Under the pieces are notes generated by a model. The model did not search any database, was not told the DNA's origin, and saw only the letters and a program-made list of their open reading frames with translations. Positions 17,201 to 32,644 of a stretch of 64,000 bases of DNA are shown here, in pieces; the stretch's first letter is position 1; each line of letters starts with the position of its first letter. Both the position numbers and the translations under genes were made by a program. This stretch comes from Macrostomum lignano (lineage: Eukaryota), in assembly GCA_002269645.1 (NCBI GenBank), contig NIVC01000689.1, forward strand, positions 62,001 to 126,000, read 5' to 3'.

Positions 17201-17364
17201 CCCAGCACGGTGTGCACATGAAAGCCTGCGACACCTGCGGCAAGACGTTCAGCCTGGCTGGCAATCTGGGAGCGACCCAGTGCGTGTTCTGCCGCATCAT
17301 CGATCGCAGCAGGCAGGAGACTGACATAGCCGAAACCATCGGGCTGGATCTTCGCATTTACTGA
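14247..17364 (+). CDS. WDR88: WD repeat-containing protein 88
   Basis: Exons 14247-14717, 14974-15273, 16927-17364, all phase 0. Multiple GH...WD repeats and the WDR88-type tail LRLWNMERMDEMP...ACDTCGKTF...TQCVFCR. The exon 3 acceptor (AAG) is weak and was placed by alignment length. Confidence 0.85.
14741..14847. repeat. About 33-bp tandem repeat, 3 copies
   Basis: TTTGAGCTCAGGGTTGCTTCGAATTTTAGGTCAC repeated in WDR88 intron 1. Confidence 0.9.
15318..15800. repeat. 21-bp minisatellite (TGTCTGACAAGATACAGAATG)
   Basis: Tandem units in WDR88 intron 2. Confidence 0.94.
16609..16860. repeat. 14-bp minisatellite (GAGTTTATATGAGT)
   Basis: Tandem units just upstream of WDR88 exon 3. Confidence 0.93.
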
Positions 17365-17643
17365 GCTTATTTAAGCTATTTTTACCTTTTAATAACTTAT
17401 TATTAGTATAATATAAAACAAAGCATTGGTTTCCATAACCTTGCAAACACGAATTAAGATTTGATTGTTTATTAAAATAATTTAGTCAATTTTTGCAATA
17501 GGGCTAACGTACATTAGTCGAATCGTGTGCGTACATTAGTCTTGTAGCCAAATAGGTTTCTAGGCAAGGGTAAGAGACTATAGTAAAGAAGGCTCTTAAT
17601 CCTTGGTGGAATCGGCTTATCAAAGATATGCTCGTAAAGGGGT

Positions 17644-17870
17644 GATGCAATGTACAGTAAAGCAAGTACATTGAGGTGAGAGAGGCAGAGGGACAGAAGA
17701 GGGATGCAATGTACAGTAAAGCAAGTACATTGGGGTAAGAGAGGCTGAGGGACAGAGGAGAGATGCAATGTACAGTAAACCAAGTACATCGGGGTAAGAG
17801 AGGCTGAGGGACAGAGGAGAGATGCAATGTACAGTAAAGCAAGTACATTGGGGTAAGAGAGGCAGAGGGA
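17644..17870. repeat. 59-bp tandem repeat, about 4 copies
   Basis: GATGCAATGTACAG starts at 17644, 17703, 17762 and 17821. Confidence 0.93.
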
Positions 17871-18304
17871 TAGAGGGGAGTTCAGTTATTAGAGGAAAAT
17901 GTACATGGTTTTATCCAATTACAGTAAGAGTGTGAGGAGAGGCAATGTTCTCTGTAAAACTAGTTCTCTTTTTCCAACAAGAGTTGTTTTTGAGGTAACA
18001 GCCAATCATCAATTTTACTTAAACCTCCAATAATCTGCAGGAGAAAGTATAAGAGACACCGACGATCCATGAACAACAGAATTAGGAAGCTATGCTCGGT
18101 TTTCTTATAAATAATCTGGAGGCCGATAAGGAACGTGTATTTGTCGCATGCACTAGAGAATTGGATTCTTCTAGTACGGATTTTCTCGAGTGAATTGTCT
18201 ATAGAGAAACTTCACTAATACAAAACGGTACATTCTGAAAAAAATAATAATATTAAAAATATACACAGTATTATACTACAGTACAGTACAGTTTAAAAAT
18301 TGAA

Positions 18305-18590
18305 TACACCTGCCAAAATGAGCAGATGTGCAACCGACAGCTCAGCCGCAGTTATTGCGCGGCGCATCTGAAGGCTGCGTACGGCTGTTCAGTCCAAGGA
18401 CTGGGGGTCGCCACACACAGCCTCAATTACCCCAGCTAATGCTGGCACCCATTTTACAGCTGGATGAACTGAAGCAATGCAGAGTTCAGTGTCTTGCTCA
18501 AGGACACAAATTGTTCTGCGTGGGATCGGGAATCGAACCCCCGACCTATTAGTTGTGAGTCCGACACTCCAACCACTAGGCTACAACCCC
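18305..18590 (-). mobile_element. tRNA-derived CORE-like SINE, copy A
   Basis: Minus strand: A box TAGCCTAGTGG, B box GGTTCGATTCC, then GTGTCCTTGAGCAAGACAC...CTGTAAAATGGG resembling the MIR/CORE domain. Collinear with copies B and C. Confidence 0.85.
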
Positions 18591-19825
18591 TTCTAGATAA
18601 CTCTCTAAAGCAATTTTTAAGCGCACTTCAAGCGACATTGTCGCACAACCGGCGAGAGGCATTGCTGCCCATTCCGCCGACTCCCCTGAGCAGGCACACA
18701 AGCGCGCGGATACGTACGCAGTCATACGCACAGGCACACACTCACACAGGAGTGTACAGCGACCCTAACTTTATTCATCGTTAAGGCATGTACACTTCAC
18801 TGTGCCTTGGGGGTTGGCCTATAGGGGCTTTAATTGCACGAACAGAGCCAGGCCGAGATTCCAATTTAGCTCTGGGCACATCAGGCTACGGCCCTTCTAC
18901 TTCAAGCTGTCCATGCGAAGGCCATGCAAACTTCTGGACAGATTGGACATGTCTACTGAGCGCAGACAAGTATGCAGACAAGCTGGGTGTTAACCACAAG
19001 TCTTTTAGCCACATACTCGCACACTTTTTTATCGACTTAACTGACGAAACGAATTGATGAGACCTTGATCTCAGTTTCAATTGCTCTCCCTATAATGAAT
19101 TGGACTGTGTACACTTCGGCTACGAGCTTCAGTCCGAGCCAGTCTCTGCACTTCCTCTGAAAATGATTGAATAGCAGCGACAGCCGAACCGCTGGCTCAA
19201 TCGGATAAAAAATCGCGCAATATAAAGGCCAGTTCCACCTACAGAAGGCGCTCTCGACTCTTTTAATTAGCGGGAAGTTCTCCACTTTTTTCAATCTCCT
19301 CTTCCTGCCTCTGGAAAACTCCCACTCACTCGTGTCCCTCACTTCTCTCGCAATCGTCAATCCGTCATCTTTCTTAGCACCAGGATTTCCACCTGGCGAC
19401 AAGGCCGGCTCTCTGTCACTCTCGCTTCCCCGATCCCTTTCTCCGCCTAGAAGTGCGCTGGTTCGATTCCGCAGTGGGCTATGCTAATTTGAGATTATAG
19501 TGCAGAAATTCTTCCAACCATAGAAATACTCAACAAGAGCAAACGCTCAAAGTTCGATCTTCCTCTCATTTTTCCTTGTCTCTTCCCTCTTTCCCGATTA
19601 CCCGCTAGTGAAGCCCCTCGGAAATTCAAGCGAGAAGGGGCCGAGAATCTCTCGCATGCAAACCTCTGTTCAAATTAATTTAACCTCTTAAGCAGACAGC
19701 TAGTTTGTGACTTTTGAGTTGCCCTCATTGCTTTCTTGTTATCCAAGGTACTGTGGCGACTGAATCCTATGCATGCTTTATCAATTGATTTCTCGGGATT
19801 ATTTTAGCTTTTTATTTTAGTTCGT

Positions 19826-20352
19826 CAGATTCACAAACTGAGTGTGTCAGATTTACAAGCTGAGTGTGTCAGATTTACAAACTGAGTGTGTCAGACTCGC
19901 CAAAGTGAGTGTGTCAGACTCTCAAACTGAGTGTGTCAGACTCACAAGCTGAGTGTGTCAGATTTACAAACTGAGTGTGTCAGACTCGCCAAAGTGAGTG
20001 TGTCAGACTCTCAAACTGAGTGTGTCAGACTCACAAGCTGAGTGTTTCAGATTCACAAACTGAGTGTGTCAGACTCACAAACTGAGTGTGTCAGACTCAC
20101 AAACTGAGTGTGTCAGACTCACAAGCTGAGTGTTTCAGATTCACAAACTGAGTGTGTCAGACTCACAAACTGAGTGTGTCAGACTCACAAGCTGAGTGTT
20201 TCAGATTCACAAACTGAGTGTGTCAGACTCACAAACTGAGTGTGTCAGACTCACAAGCTGAGTGTGTCAGATTCACAAACTGAGTGTGTCAGACTCACAA
20301 ACTGAGTGTGTCAGACGTAGACACCGAGTGTGTCAGACTCGCCAAAGTGTGT
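19826..20352. repeat. 22-bp minisatellite (CAGACTCACAAACTGAGTGTGT)
   Basis: About 23 tandem units. Confidence 0.95.
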
Positions 20353-21154
20353 CAAATCCGTTATAGTAGATACATCAGGTGCGGTGAATCAGATTAAGAA
20401 CAGAGCATAGTATTCACTGGTTAATGCTTTAAAAGCCAAATTGTGTCAAGCAACAGACAGTCCGCACACAAGGCTGACTCATTCATCACCGACGGACACT
20501 GAGAGCAGCATTCATCATACCTGAGAGGTCCCCAGTGGGCCGGAGCAAAAACCAGAAATCAGCTAGGATCAAAATAGCGATGACAAATGACTCACTTAAA
20601 CAAGAGAGATGCAGTGCAAATTTGGGAAAAAATTACATTTTACCGATTACCAAAAAATCCATGACTCGTGAGGGCCAACCCCCAAGGCACAGAGAGTGTA
20701 CATGCCTGACGATTAGAAAGTCAGGGCTGATGTACACCCTGTGTGAGCGAGTGTATGACTGCGTGCCTGAGCACAGTATTGGCGGCCTGCGTGTGCTCAG
20801 GAGTCTGTGGTTTGAGCAGAATCGCCTCAGGGCCCTCCCGCAATTAATATTATTATCAAGACAAATGAAGTACTAAGCGCGTTGGATAGAAAGTAGATCC
20901 GTAGGATGGATAAAAATAGGTTAGAGAAACGTTTTTGTTCAGAGGAACGATCGAAATTAAGCGACTTGCGAGATGGTTTAGAGAATGAAATTCCTACCGG
21001 GATGAGGCTGCGGCAGCTGGATAAAGGGAAGATTGATGAGTAGAGAGTAAGGGGGGGAGGTTTTACCAGGGGAAGTGAGGCTGAGAACTGTTCGAACTTT
21101 TTTAGCGAAATGAGAGTCACTCAGAACCCGAACTCACTGTGCTGGCTCCACTCC

Positions 21155-22795
21155 CATTAATCCTCTCCCATCTCTCCTCTCCCATCTCTCTTCTCCCATC
21201 CATCCTCTCTCATATCTCCTCTTCCATCTCTCCTCTCCCATCTATCCTCTCTCATCTCTCCTCCCTTATCTCTCCTCTCTCATCTCTCCTCTCCCATCTC
21301 TCCTCTCCCATCTATCCTCTCTCATCTCTCCTCCCTTATCTCTCCTCTCTCATCTCTCCTCTCCCATCTCTCCTCTCTCATCTCTCCTCCCTTATCTCTC
21401 CTCTCCCATCTCTTTTCTCCCATCCATCCTCTCTCATATCTCCTCTCCCATCTCTCCTCTCCCATCTATCCTCTCTCATCTCTCCTCCCTTATCTCTCCT
21501 CTCTCATCTCTCCTCTCTCATATCTCCTCTCCCATCTCTCCTCTCCCATCTCTCCTCTCCCATCTCTCTTCTCTTATCTCTCTTCTCCGATCTCTCCTCT
21601 CCCATCTATCCTCTCCCATATATCCTCTCCCATCTATCCTCTCCCATCTATCCTCTCCCATCTATCCTCTCATATCCATCCTCTATCATCTTTCCTCTCT
21701 TATCTCTCCTCTCCTATCTATCCTCTCTCATCTCTCCTCCCTTATCTATCCTCTCCCATCTATCCTCTCTCATCTCTCCTCTCCTATCTCTCCTCTCCCA
21801 TCCCTCCTCTCCCATCTCTCATCTCGCATCTATCCTCTATCATCTCTCCTCTCGTATATCTATCCTCTCCCATCTCTCCTCTCCCATCTCTCCTCTCCCA
21901 TCTCTCCTCTCCTATCTCTCATCTCTCTCATCTCTCCTCCCTTATCTATCCTCTCCCATCTATCCTCTCCCATCTCTCCTCTCCTATCTCTCCCCTCCCA
22001 TCTCTACTCTCCTATCTCTCATCTCTCCTCCCTTATCTATCCTCTCCCATCTATCCTCTCCCATCTCTCCTCTCCCATCTCTCCCCTCCCATCTCTCCTC
22101 TCCCATCTCTCCCCTCCCATCTCTCCTCTTCCATCTCTCCTCTCATATCTATCCTCTATCATCTTTCCTCTCTTATCTCTCCTCTCCCATCTCTCCTCTC
22201 TTATCTATCGTCTCCCATCTCTCCTCTCCCATCTCTCCTCTCCCATCTCTCCTCTCATATCTATCCTCTATCATCTTTCCTCTCTTATCTCTCCTCTCCT
22301 ATCTCTCCTCTCTTATCTATCCTCTCCCATCTCTCCTCTCCCATCTCTCCCCTCCCATCTCTCCTCTCCCATCTCTCCCCTCCCATCTCTCCTCTTCCAT
22401 CTCTCCTCTCATATCTATCCTCTATCATCTTTCCTCTCTTATCTCTCCTCTCCCATCTCTCCTCTCTTATCTCTCCTCTCCCATCTCTCCTCTCCCATCT
22501 CTCCTCTCCCATCTCTCCTCTCCCATCTCTCCTCTCATATCTATCCTCTATCATCTTTCCTCTCTTATCTCTCCTCTCCTATCTCTCCTCTCTTATCTAT
22601 CCTCTCCCATCTCTCCTCTCCCATCTCTCCTCTCCCATCTCTTCTCTCCCATCTCTCCTCTCCCATCTCTCCTCTCCCATCTCTCCTCTCCCATCTCTCC
22701 TCTCCCATCTCTCCTCTCCCATCTCTCCTCTCCCATCTCTCCTCTCCCATCTCTCCTCTCCCATCTGTCCTCTCTTACCTATCCTCTCTATCTGA
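21155..22795. repeat. 14-bp CT-rich satellite (CTCCCATCTCTCCT)
   Basis: Degenerate tandem units; source of the spurious 554-aa ORF. A short inverted relative lies at about 31160-31370. Confidence 0.94.
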
Positions 22796-23409
22796 TTCTA
22801 TAATTGATTCCCTAAAATAGTATCCGCTGCAGATTGCCAGTTCGTGCAAAAGCAATGATTTTAGAACGCATTAAGGACTTGACAACACTTAGCAGCTCTG
22901 GCCACTTTAAATCTTTAAGTTGTATTCCCTAGAAAATTTTCCCTAAAGTAAGCGGCTTCTCAACTAATCAATCTTCCTGGCTAGTGTCGCTCAAGTTCTT
23001 CGCCTTCCTTCGAGCCGCGACTTGTGATTCGATCAGCCGTCCCTGCCTCTCAATTTGGGCCACAAAGCGACTCAGCTGGCTAATTTGCAAGTTAAAAGAA
23101 GTAAGAAAACGGGGGAGAGAAACGCGTGGAACTGGCGAATCTCCAAGGGAATCCAGCCGAGACATCTGGCATGGAGTATAGCTGAGACTTCTGCCAGACT
23201 CAACAGTTGCATTTCGGCTGAGACAGAGAAAACGCCTTATGTGTCACTTCTTAGTTCAGTCTGTACATTCTTGCAAATCTTGAGTCGCTTAGAGCAGCTT
23301 AGAGCAGGTCAACATTTCGTCTTCTATAGGTCTAAGGAACAGTCCCAAACTCCCTAAATATCTTATGCAATTCTTCCGGCTTGTCTTCTTTTCCGCTCTC
23401 CAACACCAC

Positions 23410-24125
23410 CCCACCTACCCTACTCCTCTACCCTGACCCACTTATCTACCCTACCCCACTCCCACCATACCCCACTCCACTCTACCTACCTCACTTCATC
23501 CTACAACCCCCTCCGCCCTACCTACTCCACAAAACCTGATCTACCCCACTCCACCCTACCCCATTAGACCCTACATCCCCCACTCCACCCTACCTACCCA
23601 AATTCATCCTATCTACCCCACTTCATCCTACCTACCCCACTTCACCTTACCCTACTCCACCCTACCTATCCCAATTCATCCTACCTACCCCACTCCACCC
23701 TACCCCACTCCACCCTACCCCACTCCACACTACCCCACTCCACCCTATCCCACTCCACACTACCCCACTCCACCCTATCCCACTCCACACTACCCCACTC
23801 CACCCTACCTACCCCACTTCATCCTACCTACCCCACTCCACCCTACCTACCCCACTCCACCCTACCTACCCCACTTCATCCTACCTACCCCACTCCACCC
23901 TACCTACCCCACTTCATCCTACCTACCCCACTCCACCCTACCTACCCCACTTCATCCTACCTACCCCACTTCATCCTACCTACCCCACTTCATCCTACAT
24001 ACCCCACTTCATCCTACCTACCCCACTTCATCCTACCTACCCCACTTCATCCTACCTACCCCGCTCCACCCTACCAAACTCCACGAAACCCGACCTACCC
24101 CAATTTACCCTACCCCACTCCTCCA
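23410..24125. repeat. C-rich 16/20-bp satellite (CCCCACTCCACCCTAC / CCCCACTTCATCCTACCTAC)
   Basis: Direct reading. Confidence 0.92.
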
Positions 24126-24352
24126 CATACCCTTGTTTCTGCATCCATTCACAAGCCCCTAAAATAGCTGAAATCGAGTTCAGCCCTCGTAAAATCCGAG
24201 AGGACTAATCGCAGTTACAACTCGCGCCATAGGCTGGAGCGGCTGATTGGTAGAATCACTTGCAACTCCTGCACTTTATAGAGCTCAGCCGGCTGGGATG
24301 GGCTCGAGGGGAGTTGGAGATTCAGATTGATCATTCAGTCAGTCAGTCAGTC

Positions 24353-24440
24353 ATGAACCAGTTCCGCGGTCACACAGGCAGCTTTGGAGCAGGCAGCATC
24401 CTGGAGGTGCCCATCTCGTTCTTCGAGGACGTGTATCAAG
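24353..24440 (+). CDS. Orphan ATG exon, candidate upstream/alternative first exon of the HCN gene
   Basis: GC-rich exon-like island MNQFRGHTGSFGAGSILEVPISFFEDVYQ ending CAAG|GTAGGA in phase 1, compatible with the phase-1 acceptor at 39643. Confidence 0.5.
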
Positions 24441-24517
24441 GTAGGAATGAATACCTGCTAACTACTTTATTTGGCGAGAGCAAAAATGAAGTCAGTGAGA
24501 AGTATAGCTGTCAAAAT

Positions 24518-26170
24518 TCAGGATGGGGTTCAGAGACTGATTCAGGAAGGGGTTTAGAGACTGATTCAGGATGGGGTTTAGAGACTGATTCAGGAAGGGG
24601 TTCAGAGACTGATTCAGGAAGGGGTTTAGAGACTGATTCAGGATGGGGTTTAGAGATTGATTCAGTAAGGGGTTCAGAGACTGATTCAGGAAGGGGTTCA
24701 GAGACTGATTCAGGAAGGGGTTCAGAGACTGATTCAGGAAGGGGTTTAAAGACTGATTCAGGAAGGGGTTTAGAGACTGATTCAAGAAGTGGTTCAGAGA
24801 CTGATTCAGGAAGGGGTTCAGAGACTGATTCAGGAAGGGGTTTAGAGACTGATTCAGGAAGGGGTTCAGAGACTGATTCAGGAAGGGGTTTAGAGACTGA
24901 TTCAGGAAGGGGTTCAGAGACTGATTCAGGAAGGGGTTCAGAGACTGATTCAGGAAGGGGTTTAAAGACTGATTCAGGAAGTGGTTTAGAGACTGATTCA
25001 GGAAGGGTTTTAGAGACTGATTCAAGAAGTGGTTCAGAGACTGATTCAGGAAGGGGTTCAGAGACTGATTCAGGATGGGGTTTAGAGACTGATTCAGGAA
25101 GGGGTTCAGAGACTGATTCAGGAAGGGGTTTAGAGACTGATTCAGGATGGGGTTCAGAGACTGATTCAGGAAGGGGTTTAGAGACTGATTCAGGAAGGGT
25201 TTAGAGACTGATTCAGGATGGGGTTCAGAGACTGATTCAGGAAGGGGTTCAGAGACTGATTCAGGAAGTGGTTTAGAGACTGATTCAGGAAGGGTTCAGA
25301 GACTGATTCAGGAAGGGGTTTAGAGACTGATTCAGGAAGGGGTTCAGAGACTGATTCAGGAAGGGGTTCAGAGACTGATTCAGGAAGGGGTTTAAAGACT
25401 GATTCAGGAAGTGGTTTAGAGACTGATTCAGGAAGGGTTTTAGAGACTGATTCAAGAAGTGGTTCAGAGACTGATTCAGGAAGGGGTTCAGAGACTGATT
25501 CAGGATGGGGTTTAGAGACTGATTCAGGAAGGGGTTCAGAGACTGATTCAGGAAGGGGTTTAGAGACTGATTCAGGATGGGGTTCAGAGACTGATTCAGG
25601 AAGGGGTTTAGAGACTGATTCAGGAAGGGTTTAGAGACTGATTCAGGATGGGGTTCAGAGACTGATTCAGGAAGGGGTTCAGAGACTGATTCAGGAAGTG
25701 GTTTAGAGACTGATTCAGGAAGGGGTTCAGAGACTGATTCAGGAAGGGGTTTAGAGACTGATTCAGGAAGGGGTTCAGAGACTGATTCAGGAAGGGGTTC
25801 AGAGACTGATTCAGGAAGGGGTTTAAAGACTGATTCAGGAAGTGGTTTAGAGACTGATTCAGGAAGGGTTTTAGAGACTGATTCAAGAAGTGGTTCAGAG
25901 ACTGATTCAGGAAGGGGTTCAGAGTGATTCAGGAAGGGGTTCAGAGACTGATTCAGGAAGGGGTTTAGAGACTGATTCAGGAAGGGGTTCAGAGACTGAT
26001 TCAGGAAGGGGTTTAGAGACTGATTCAGGAAGGGGTTTAGAGACTGATTCAGGAAGGGGTTCAGAGACTGATTCAGGAAGGGGTTCAGAGACTGATTCAG
26101 GAAGGGGTTTAGAGACTGATTCAGGAAGGGGTTCAGAGACTGATTCAGGAACGGGTTCAGAGAGGGGTTT
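24518..26170. repeat. 24-bp minisatellite (TCAGAGACTGATTCAGGAAGGGGT)
   Basis: About 68 units; source of the SETDSGRG ORFs. Confidence 0.96.
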
Positions 26171-27574
26171 AGAAACGTGTTTCCAAAGCGTTTGGAAGCC
26201 GGTTTAGACGCGCAGTTCTAGAATTTTGGAGGATTCTGAAACGGATATTAAAATGAAAAACACACGGACAGGCAGCAAAGGTGGCACTGAGCTCTCTGTC
26301 ACGCCTGATGTCGAGCTTTGTCCAGGCTGGCGCTGCAGCTTACAGAAATGGCGGCCCTGGGAACCGAGGATTAGCCGATCTGGTAATGGGAATCAGAGAG
26401 GGGAAGAGAGCGAGGCGATGAGGGGAAAATTCCATCGGATGCGGGAGTGCAGCCAGGCGGCAGCTTCTCAAGCTCTGCTGTGGAGTAATTTCCCCTAGGA
26501 AATGGGAGATAATTCTTGTAATGGCGTTAAAAAGAGTGCTCCACCTCTGATGATGAAGCTGTCCAGCATCTTCATCCATCGACTTTGTGCTCGCCTCGCA
26601 TCATCGCTTCCTCTCATCTCTTCTCCATTTCTGCTGCCGGCTTCTTTGTCTCGGATTCTTGCTTTTAGGCCCGAGTTTCTTTTAGAAGGACGGAGCTTGG
26701 CTTCGCTTGGGGGTGTCGTTAAATCTGAGCGAAAAACTCCGGCCGTTCCACCTCTGGGCCGTCCTTCACCCGCCCCTGCTCTAGCTGCCCAGACAGAAAA
26801 GCTGCTAATACTGTTTTGTGCACAAGGCCCAATCACAGATGCTAGAATAGCTGGGCCACTCAGCACATTTGCGTGCAAGCTACTTTCAGTTCAGTAGTAA
26901 GTTAAACTGAAGAATTTCAAATGAAGTTTTTAATGACAAAGGCTTACTTACTTATTGACTCTTACCCCCCAAGCTTAAATGAATGAGGCCAGCCGCGCAC
27001 AGAATTGAAGAAGTTTTTTTGCACAAAACTCCCAAATGCCTCATCTCCTGCTAATCCGAATTTCATACCAAACAAGCGCAAGTTTTGTCCAAGATCGATT
27101 CACAGTTTTTTTCAAGAAACAGTTTAACAAGCATTTTTTGCCGTTCTGCGATTAAACACTTGTGTCCGTCTCGGACAAAACGCGTATGCCCGAATGCTTG
27201 CTCTATTTGTAATTCGGTGGTCCACAAATGATGGACAATTAAATATATAAAATTTATATTTAGGCAGAATTTTGAATCGCTGTCTGACCAATTTTTAATG
27301 AAATTACGACTAAAATTCCAGAAATAATTTTTCCAGATTTTTTTAATGCTTGATTGTTTTGGAAATTTTAAAGCAATTTTAACGGCTTTGAAAGGAAAAA
27401 AGAAAAGGTTTTTTCACGGATGACAGACAGCTGATAGGTCTGACCGTAGGTTTGGAGATCGATAGAGGCTAAATATAGGATTAAAAAGGAAAGAGGAAAA
27501 TGGAAAGAGGCGAGGAGACAGCGAGAGAATTGGAGAGGGAGTTGGATTGATCTGAAGAGGGACAGAGACAGAAG

Positions 27575-27925
27575 AGTAGAGGAGAAGGGTAGAGGGGGAG
27601 GGAAGGTTAGAGGGGAGGGAGAGAAGGGTAGAGGGGAGGGAGAGAAGGGTAGAGGGAGGGAGAGAATGGTCGAGGGGAGGGAGAGAATGGTCGAGGGGAG
27701 GGAGAGAAGGGTAGAGGGGAGGGAGAGAATGGTAGAGGGGAGGGAGAGAATGGTAGAGGGGAGGGAGAGAAGGGTAGAGGGAGGGAGAGAATGGTCGAGG
27801 GGAGAGAGAGAATGGTCGAGGGGAGGGAGAGAATGGTAGAGGGGAGGGAGAGAAGGGTAGAGGGGAGGGAGAGAAGGGTAGAGGGGAGGGAGAGAATGGT
27901 AGAGGGGAGGTAGAGAAGAGTAGAG
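27575..27925. repeat. 21-bp purine-rich minisatellite (GGGAGAGAAGGGTAGAGGGGA)
   Basis: Direct reading. Confidence 0.93.
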
Positions 27926-28649
27926 GTAGAGGTTAGGGAGATAGTCAAACATCGAGGGAGGTGGGAGAGGCAAGTGGAGAGGGCAAAGTCCAGTTAAAAG
28001 CAGCAATAATCCTAGTGTACATGATGCTATAAAGCGGCTTGAAAATATATTAGACCAGATGGGAGCGAGAGCAGCTCAGGGGAGAACACCCCTAGGCGTA
28101 AATCATGGAGTCCGCCTCTTGCCGGCCGCTTCTAGGATGGGGAATGGGGATCAAAATCCCATTGGCGGATAGGCTGGGACTCTCATAATTGTATTGTTGG
28201 TCTACGGGCCGGCACTATGGGCTCCTAATGAAGCCGGAGAGGGTGAGAGACCCGCTAGGCCTAATTATGGCACTTCCGCTTTGCGCTGATGCGGATGCTG
28301 TAGGCATTGGCTGTGACGTGGGCGAGTGCCCTGGCATAAATTTTAGCCCGGCAAAATTCGATTGTGGGGGAGAGGTGGGAGGGGTTTCTGGCACCAGAAA
28401 ATATTTGTGGGACAAGCGCAGACACGCGCATGAAGTCAAGCTTGAATAAAGATGCGAAATTATTGTGGTGTTGCACTGACAATATCGGGCTCTCTGTGGG
28501 ACTTTGGTGTTGAATTGATGATGAAATTTTTTCTAGGAAATCTGGGTCGGTTGGATTCTGTCCGTGTCTCTAGGGGGCTGTTAGGCCAGCTAAAAGGGTT
28601 AAAATGTATATATAGGGGTTCAAGGATCTCTAAAGGGTTAATGAAGTGT

Positions 28650-28955
28650 CTGTAAAGGGTTGATGAGGTGTCTGTACAGGATTGGTGAGGTGTCTGTACA
28701 GGGTTGGTGAGGTGTCTGTACAGGGTTGGTGAGGTGTCTGTACAGCTAGGGTTGGTGAGATGTCTGTACAGCTAGGGTTGGTGAGGTGTCTGTACAGCTA
28801 GGGTTGGTGAGGTGTCTGTACAGCTAGGGTTGGTGAGATGTCTGTACAGCTAGGGTTGGTGAGGTGTCTGTACAGCTAGGGTTGGTGAGGTGTCTGTACA
28901 GCTAGAGTTGGTGAGGTGTCTGTACAGCTAGGGTTGGTGAGGTGTCTGTACAGGG
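28650..28955. repeat. 22/26-bp minisatellite (GGGTTGGTGAGGTGTCTGTACA[GCTA])
   Basis: Direct reading. Confidence 0.93.
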
Positions 28956-29409
28956 TTGCGAAAGTGTCGCTGAAAATACTTAAAGAAAAACCAAAGCAAA
29001 ACCGATCGCTTCAACTTGCTTTAGGCTGTCCCAAGCGGCTCTGGTGGTAATTAGAACTTGGCAAAAAAGGTTTGCAGCTATTGAAGCCAACGGTAGTAAA
29101 ATCGCGTTCTGAGCTGCACCATTAGTTCACCAGTTAACGCCGTGTCTGTTTTTCGGCCCCTTTCTGTGTATTTTCAGTGCCGAAAATATTAATTTATTAC
29201 CTCATTTGCAGTTTAGAGAACAAACTGGCACTAAAAATTCTTTATAAGCAAAGCGTACGGGGTTGCTGAGGTATCGCCTACTAACAGTAGCTGAATCAGC
29301 GCTTAGAATGCTTTTGATAAGAAATTAAAGAAAATAGGCTACTAAAGTGGCTTTTATGTCACTCCTTGCCATCCTGTTCGCCAGCAACTGTATCTGTCTG
29401 TTTGTCTTA

Positions 29410-30675
<1,266 letters not shown>

Positions 30676-31680
30676 GTCCAAAACTCTTGCACTCATGGCA
30701 GCAGGCAAGCAGAAGCCGGCAAAGAGCCAGCCCAGAGTAGGTTAAGTAAAAAAGCGCACTGACCAGCCCATCCGCTAAGCATCTTGGCTTTACCTCCCCT
30801 ACCCTGAGCGGCTTCTATTTAGTCCTCATTTGAGCCTCAATTGGAGCACAACAAGATCTGATTTCAATCATAACAATCGCAAATAGACCTCCTTTTAGGG
30901 CTTAGGGAGAAAAACTTCCCCTCTCAAGTTTCCGTCCCAATGAGAAGCGGCTGCTCTTAGTGAATTTGGCCTCTCGGCTCTTGCCGCGGGTCAGAGCTGC
31001 TAGCCAGCACCGCTCCAGTCCGATACTCCTGAGCCTCACTCAGGAAATTTCTAATTGCACAGATAGCCGGCAAAAGAAGGCCTGAGCACACTGATCCAAG
31101 ACTAGGGGCTTAAATAATTGGAACATACAATGGAACTGGAACAATTTCAGCAAAGCAGATGAGAGATGGGAGATGGAAGAGGAGAGATGGGAGGTGAGAG
31201 ATGAGAGCCGGAAAAGGAGAGATGGGAGGTGAGAGGTAGGAGTTGGGAGATGGAAGAGGAGAGATCGGAGAGGAGAGATCGGAGAGGAGAGATAGGACAG
31301 GAGAGATAAGAGAGAAGGGATTTAAGAGGACAGAGGAGAGTAGAGACGGAAGAGGAGAGATGGGAGACGTGATAGAATACGGTTTATATGAAATATAGTA
31401 GTAAAATATTAAATTCAGAAAGCAGAAGGCGATTGCGAGCCATGTGCAAAAATGGTTGGTCACAAATTTCAAAAAAAAATTGCTGGATAAAGTAAATTAT
31501 TAAGCATGACACAAGAGACACGAGACTAATTTAGGAGTGCCAACCAATTGGCTGTGCCGCATGGTCTGGATTTAAAAAGTGGAGTTATAAAATTTGGAGA
31601 CTTCAAGGGCGAAATTATCTTTTTTTATGCATAGTACTCATCTATCCAGGTCAGCTTATTTGGTTGAATGGCCTCTGTAG

Positions 31681-32309
<629 letters not shown>

Positions 32310-32466
32310 GGCATTCCATGTGCAGTAGGAACAAGCAGAGCCCATATGCCAGCCAATGACAGCTCAGCCTCAGGCAACTCCCCCTCCCAAGCACCTGCAC
32401 GGATACAAAAACAATTGCCAGGGTCCAGCGGTGCAGTAAGCAAATCAACGATTGCAGACCATAAAA

Positions 32467-32644
32467 ATGACAGCTCATACAAAGCTTATTGATGAAGCGC
32501 AGAGACTGGATGGTGAGTCTCTCACGGACTTGCTGGATCTGAGGCTGCACTATCAAATCCAGCAGCAGCAGCAGCAGCAACAGCAGCGCCAAAGAAGAGC
32601 CCTTCAGAGACTCCGACGCGGGCAGACCATAGCTGAATGCGATT
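32467..32644 (+). CDS. Orphan ATG exon with poly-Q, candidate alternative first exon of the HCN gene
   Basis: [59 protein letters not shown] ending GATT|GTAAGT in phase 1. A second phase-1 donor, GATG|GTGAGT, follows 32512. Confidence 0.5.

Noticed and set aside
19450-19475. Isolated B-box-like GGTTCGATTCC (also 9695-9705 and 33043-33055 on the minus strand)
   Set aside because: No matching A box or cloverleaf; at most decayed SINE heads.
20777-20842. LRR-like peptide IGGLRVLRSLWFEQNRLRALP
   Set aside because: A single repeat with no good donor and no other LRR exons; it overlaps the dispersed hairpin repeat family, so it is probably coincidental.
21139-22803. 554-aa Ser/Leu/Pro ORF
   Set aside because: Translation of a 14-bp satellite.
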